Assembly: GCA_030390025.1 (NCBI GenBank)
Contig: CM059432.1
Location: forward strand, 20,772,001 to 20,836,000
DNA length: 64,000 nucleotides
Reading direction: 5' to 3'
Origin: Squalus acanthias
Lineage: Eukaryota
Shown here: piece by piece, positions 61,468 to 64,000 of the stretch
Numbering within the stretch: the stretch's first letter is position 1
How the letters are laid out: every line of letters begins with the position of its first letter
Position numbers and translations under genes: made by a program
Notes under the pieces: model-generated
The model's database searches: none
Seen by the model: only the letters and a program-made list of their open reading frames with translations
Told to the model about the DNA's origin: nothing

Positions 61468-62086
61468 GGGGTAGAGTTTACACTCCGTTTATGCTAGTAA
61501 CATCAGCGGAATCGACTGAACCAACACAAAAGATTAGGCCCTGTCCATAAAACTGGCCTCAACCACTCCCCCTCCCCCCCAGGTCGAATTTTCAGGACTC
61601 TGCTGCTTATGCTGGTTTGGGAAGGCTCTTTTACATTCATTTCTTAGGCGCTCAGGCACTAGTAGGCACGTTTTGAAAGTCTTTTTCAGATCAAAAAATA
61701 CATAAATTACTAAGAAACTTAGTGTACACCAATGAAACTATTAAATTGTTCAGTTTAGTTTTAAAGTCATTTCAGTGATTTTAAATCAGGTGACTCACCC
61801 TTATTTAAAATGCTTATTTTTGCTGATAACCCCATTTTCAGCTGTATTAATAAATCTGCACAAGGTTACCGCTCTTAACTACATCAAGGAATACTTTCTA
61901 ATGGAAAAAAAATGAAATGATTATGTTCTATTACGCGGTCTGATTGCGCTGGATCCTGGAAGATTTTACGTTTGTGATTATTCTAATGAATTTTAGCGGA
62001 AACTTGAACTGTAACCTAACGAGCGCAATTCCAGGCGGATTTTGCACGCAATTTCCTGATTGCGCCCAAAGCAGAAACTCTACCCC
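61468..62086. mobile_element. MITE with perfect 12-bp TIR
   Basis: ggggtagagttt (61468-61479) / aaactctacccc (62075-62086). AT-rich interior; no clear TSD. Confidence 0.7.
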
Positions 62087-62829
62087 CGGATGTCTGATCA
62101 GGCAGCAGTTAACAACCATCGCATGAGTTCCTGAAGTGTAATACGAGGCTATAGATGGAACAGGAGATGTGAAAAATGTACTGAAGACATTTTTGAAGAA
62201 AGCTGAATCTATTGGAGAAAACAAAAGTCAAACTACATCTTTGCCATGGAAGAACACAGTAAAATCATTGGACTAGCCAAAGCTGTGAATATGGGTTGGC
62301 AGGTGGGACAGTGGATTGATGCACATTGGCATGGAATATTTGGATGTAGCCTGCACATCATTCTCCATGCAAGTTTTCAATTTCAGGCACACGGTCAGGG
62401 CACAGTGCCAATAGGTTTGGCATAATGAGGAACAATTGATGGGCGAGTTAAATATTCATGGGATGTGGCTGGGTTTTTCTTGTATCTGTTATTATAGAGC
62501 AGAACTTCTGATCAGTGAAGTTCTTGTACAAACATTTAACATGCTCGCACTACATTCCTGTATTTTTAATGCAAGCATTAATCCAATGTATAAACGTAGC
62601 ACAACACAGGAATGTGGAATGAGCATCTTAATAATCTGCACGTGAACGCCTGCCTTCATATGTCATTTGTATTTGTTTTGAGTGTTGAGACCTGTATCCT
62701 GTATGTTGTATTGCCACAGTATAGAAGAGAAGTAATGTGAAAGTAAAAAAGTTTTGTTAATGATGGAGGAGCTGTCCTACATTTTTCTTGTCTCTTGGGT
62801 ATAATAGTTGCATAAGCCATTTAAATAGT

Positions 62830-63990
62830 ATGGTCTCCATCCATGGATTGTATACGTGCCTCCTGTGATAGAGAGTGTTCAGTGTTGGCTTCCAGCTCCT
62901 ACACAAACTCTACAAAAGAATATGCCCACAAAGCACGTGGGAGTACGAACGGAGACTGTTTTTATTCTGTTCTCCATGGAAACTGCTAATCTTTTTAAAT
63001 TGCAGTTCATGAAGGTGGAGCCTCTATTTTTATAATGCTAGGAAGGGGAGTGAGGATCAGGCTTGATGCAATGCATTTCCTCAGACTGAAAGATGTCCCA
63101 CAGGAATCTCAGTGTTTATTGTGTGGGTTGCACAACATCTGCAGTATGAAACTTGTTACTAAAAGAACTGAGTGGGTTTATAGGGGATCTTTAAGGCGGC
63201 GTTGAGCATAGATGTAGGATCTAGGAGGATGGTAAGACTCTTCATTGGTTCCGTTAGCTTCCAGGACCTTCATCAAGGGGAGGCAGGGAAGGACCAGAAT
63301 GTAAGCAGTGCAAAGTTTGATCCCAGTTCTGCCAGCACTCATCTGCCAGAGTAGAATGGAATTTATTAGGAGTAGTGAATTCAACTGTCGTTAGGCCTTA
63401 ATAGATAAAGAACGAGTTAACTGGTTGGGCGTAGCCAAACTGTTGGCGACATTGATAGAATAACTCATCCAGTGATTATGCTTATGTATTTAACATGGAA
63501 AAATCACACCAGAGGTTCAAATTGATAAAAAAAAAAATCTTCAGAATTCTAAGACTTTGACTGAAATCCCAGCACAGATTTTCCTCTTCAGTGATGTTGG
63601 AACTAGCGTGAGGTGGGGTTTGTGCCCACCCATGGCTCCTGCTGCTGACCCCAGTGGATTTTCCTGGGTCACCTAACGGTTGGGTGGGCTCCAAGCAGGA
63701 TTTCCAGTGACACCCGGAAGCTTGCCTCTTGCGGAGAGAGGAACATCGCTGCTGCAGGCCTTGGCATCTGTTGCAGCATGATCTCCATCCGTGGATTGCA
63801 TGTGTATCTCCTGTGATCGAGTACTCAGTGTTGGCTTTCAGCTCCTATGCCAACTTTACAAAAGAACATGGCCACAAAGCATATGTGAACACAAGCAGTG
63901 ACTGTTTTTATTCTGCTCAGCATTGAAACTGGTAATCTTCTTACATTGCCGTTCATAAAGGTGGGCCTGTCTTTTTAATGAGGCCAGGAA
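62830..63990 (+). repeat. Pair of diverged approx. 215-bp direct repeats (62830-63045 and 63778-63990)
   Basis: Shared blocks tctccatcc(a/g)tggattg, ctcctgtgat, tcagtgttggctt(c/t)cagctccta, tacaaaagaa, ccacaaagca, gactgtttttattctg and gttcat(g/a)aaggtgg. Confidence 0.85.
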
Positions 63991-64000
63991 TTGTCTGCTG

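Overview
This is eukaryotic, almost certainly shark or ray (elasmobranch) genomic DNA. It is a gene-poor, repeat-dense intergenic or large-intron window with no intact host protein-coding gene that I can support, and no prokaryotic-type system such as CRISPR or an operon. The taxon call rests on HE1-type V-SINEs, HER1/CR1 LINEs and Deu-domain SINEs. Nearly all long ORFs in the track are CR1, L2 or Penelope fragments, low-complexity sequence or N-gap artefacts. The best signals are: (1) a TSD-flanked Penelope-like insertion (32.4-33.8 kb) forming a ~0.9 kb foldback that carries two minimal hammerhead ribozyme motifs, one with an intact core, plus three miniature inverted Penelope-derived inserts whose sense segments all begin inside the hammerhead; (2) a processed ferritin retrocopy with polyA and a 14-bp TSD (20.7-21.0 kb); (3) a ~2.2 kb PIF/Harbinger-type element with TIRs, a 3-bp TSD and convergent Myb-like and transposase remnants; (4) a decayed ~2.5 kb coding fossil at 5.1-7.7 kb with weak resemblance to KDZ/CxC transposases; (5) deep nested insertion stacks, hairpin MITEs, unexplained direct repeats and several enhancer-like unique blocks. 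Family names come from recognition of consensus-like sequence, not database searches. Most boundaries are approximate (about +/-20 bp) unless a TSD or TIR is quoted. I found nothing I can defend as a wholly new biological system.
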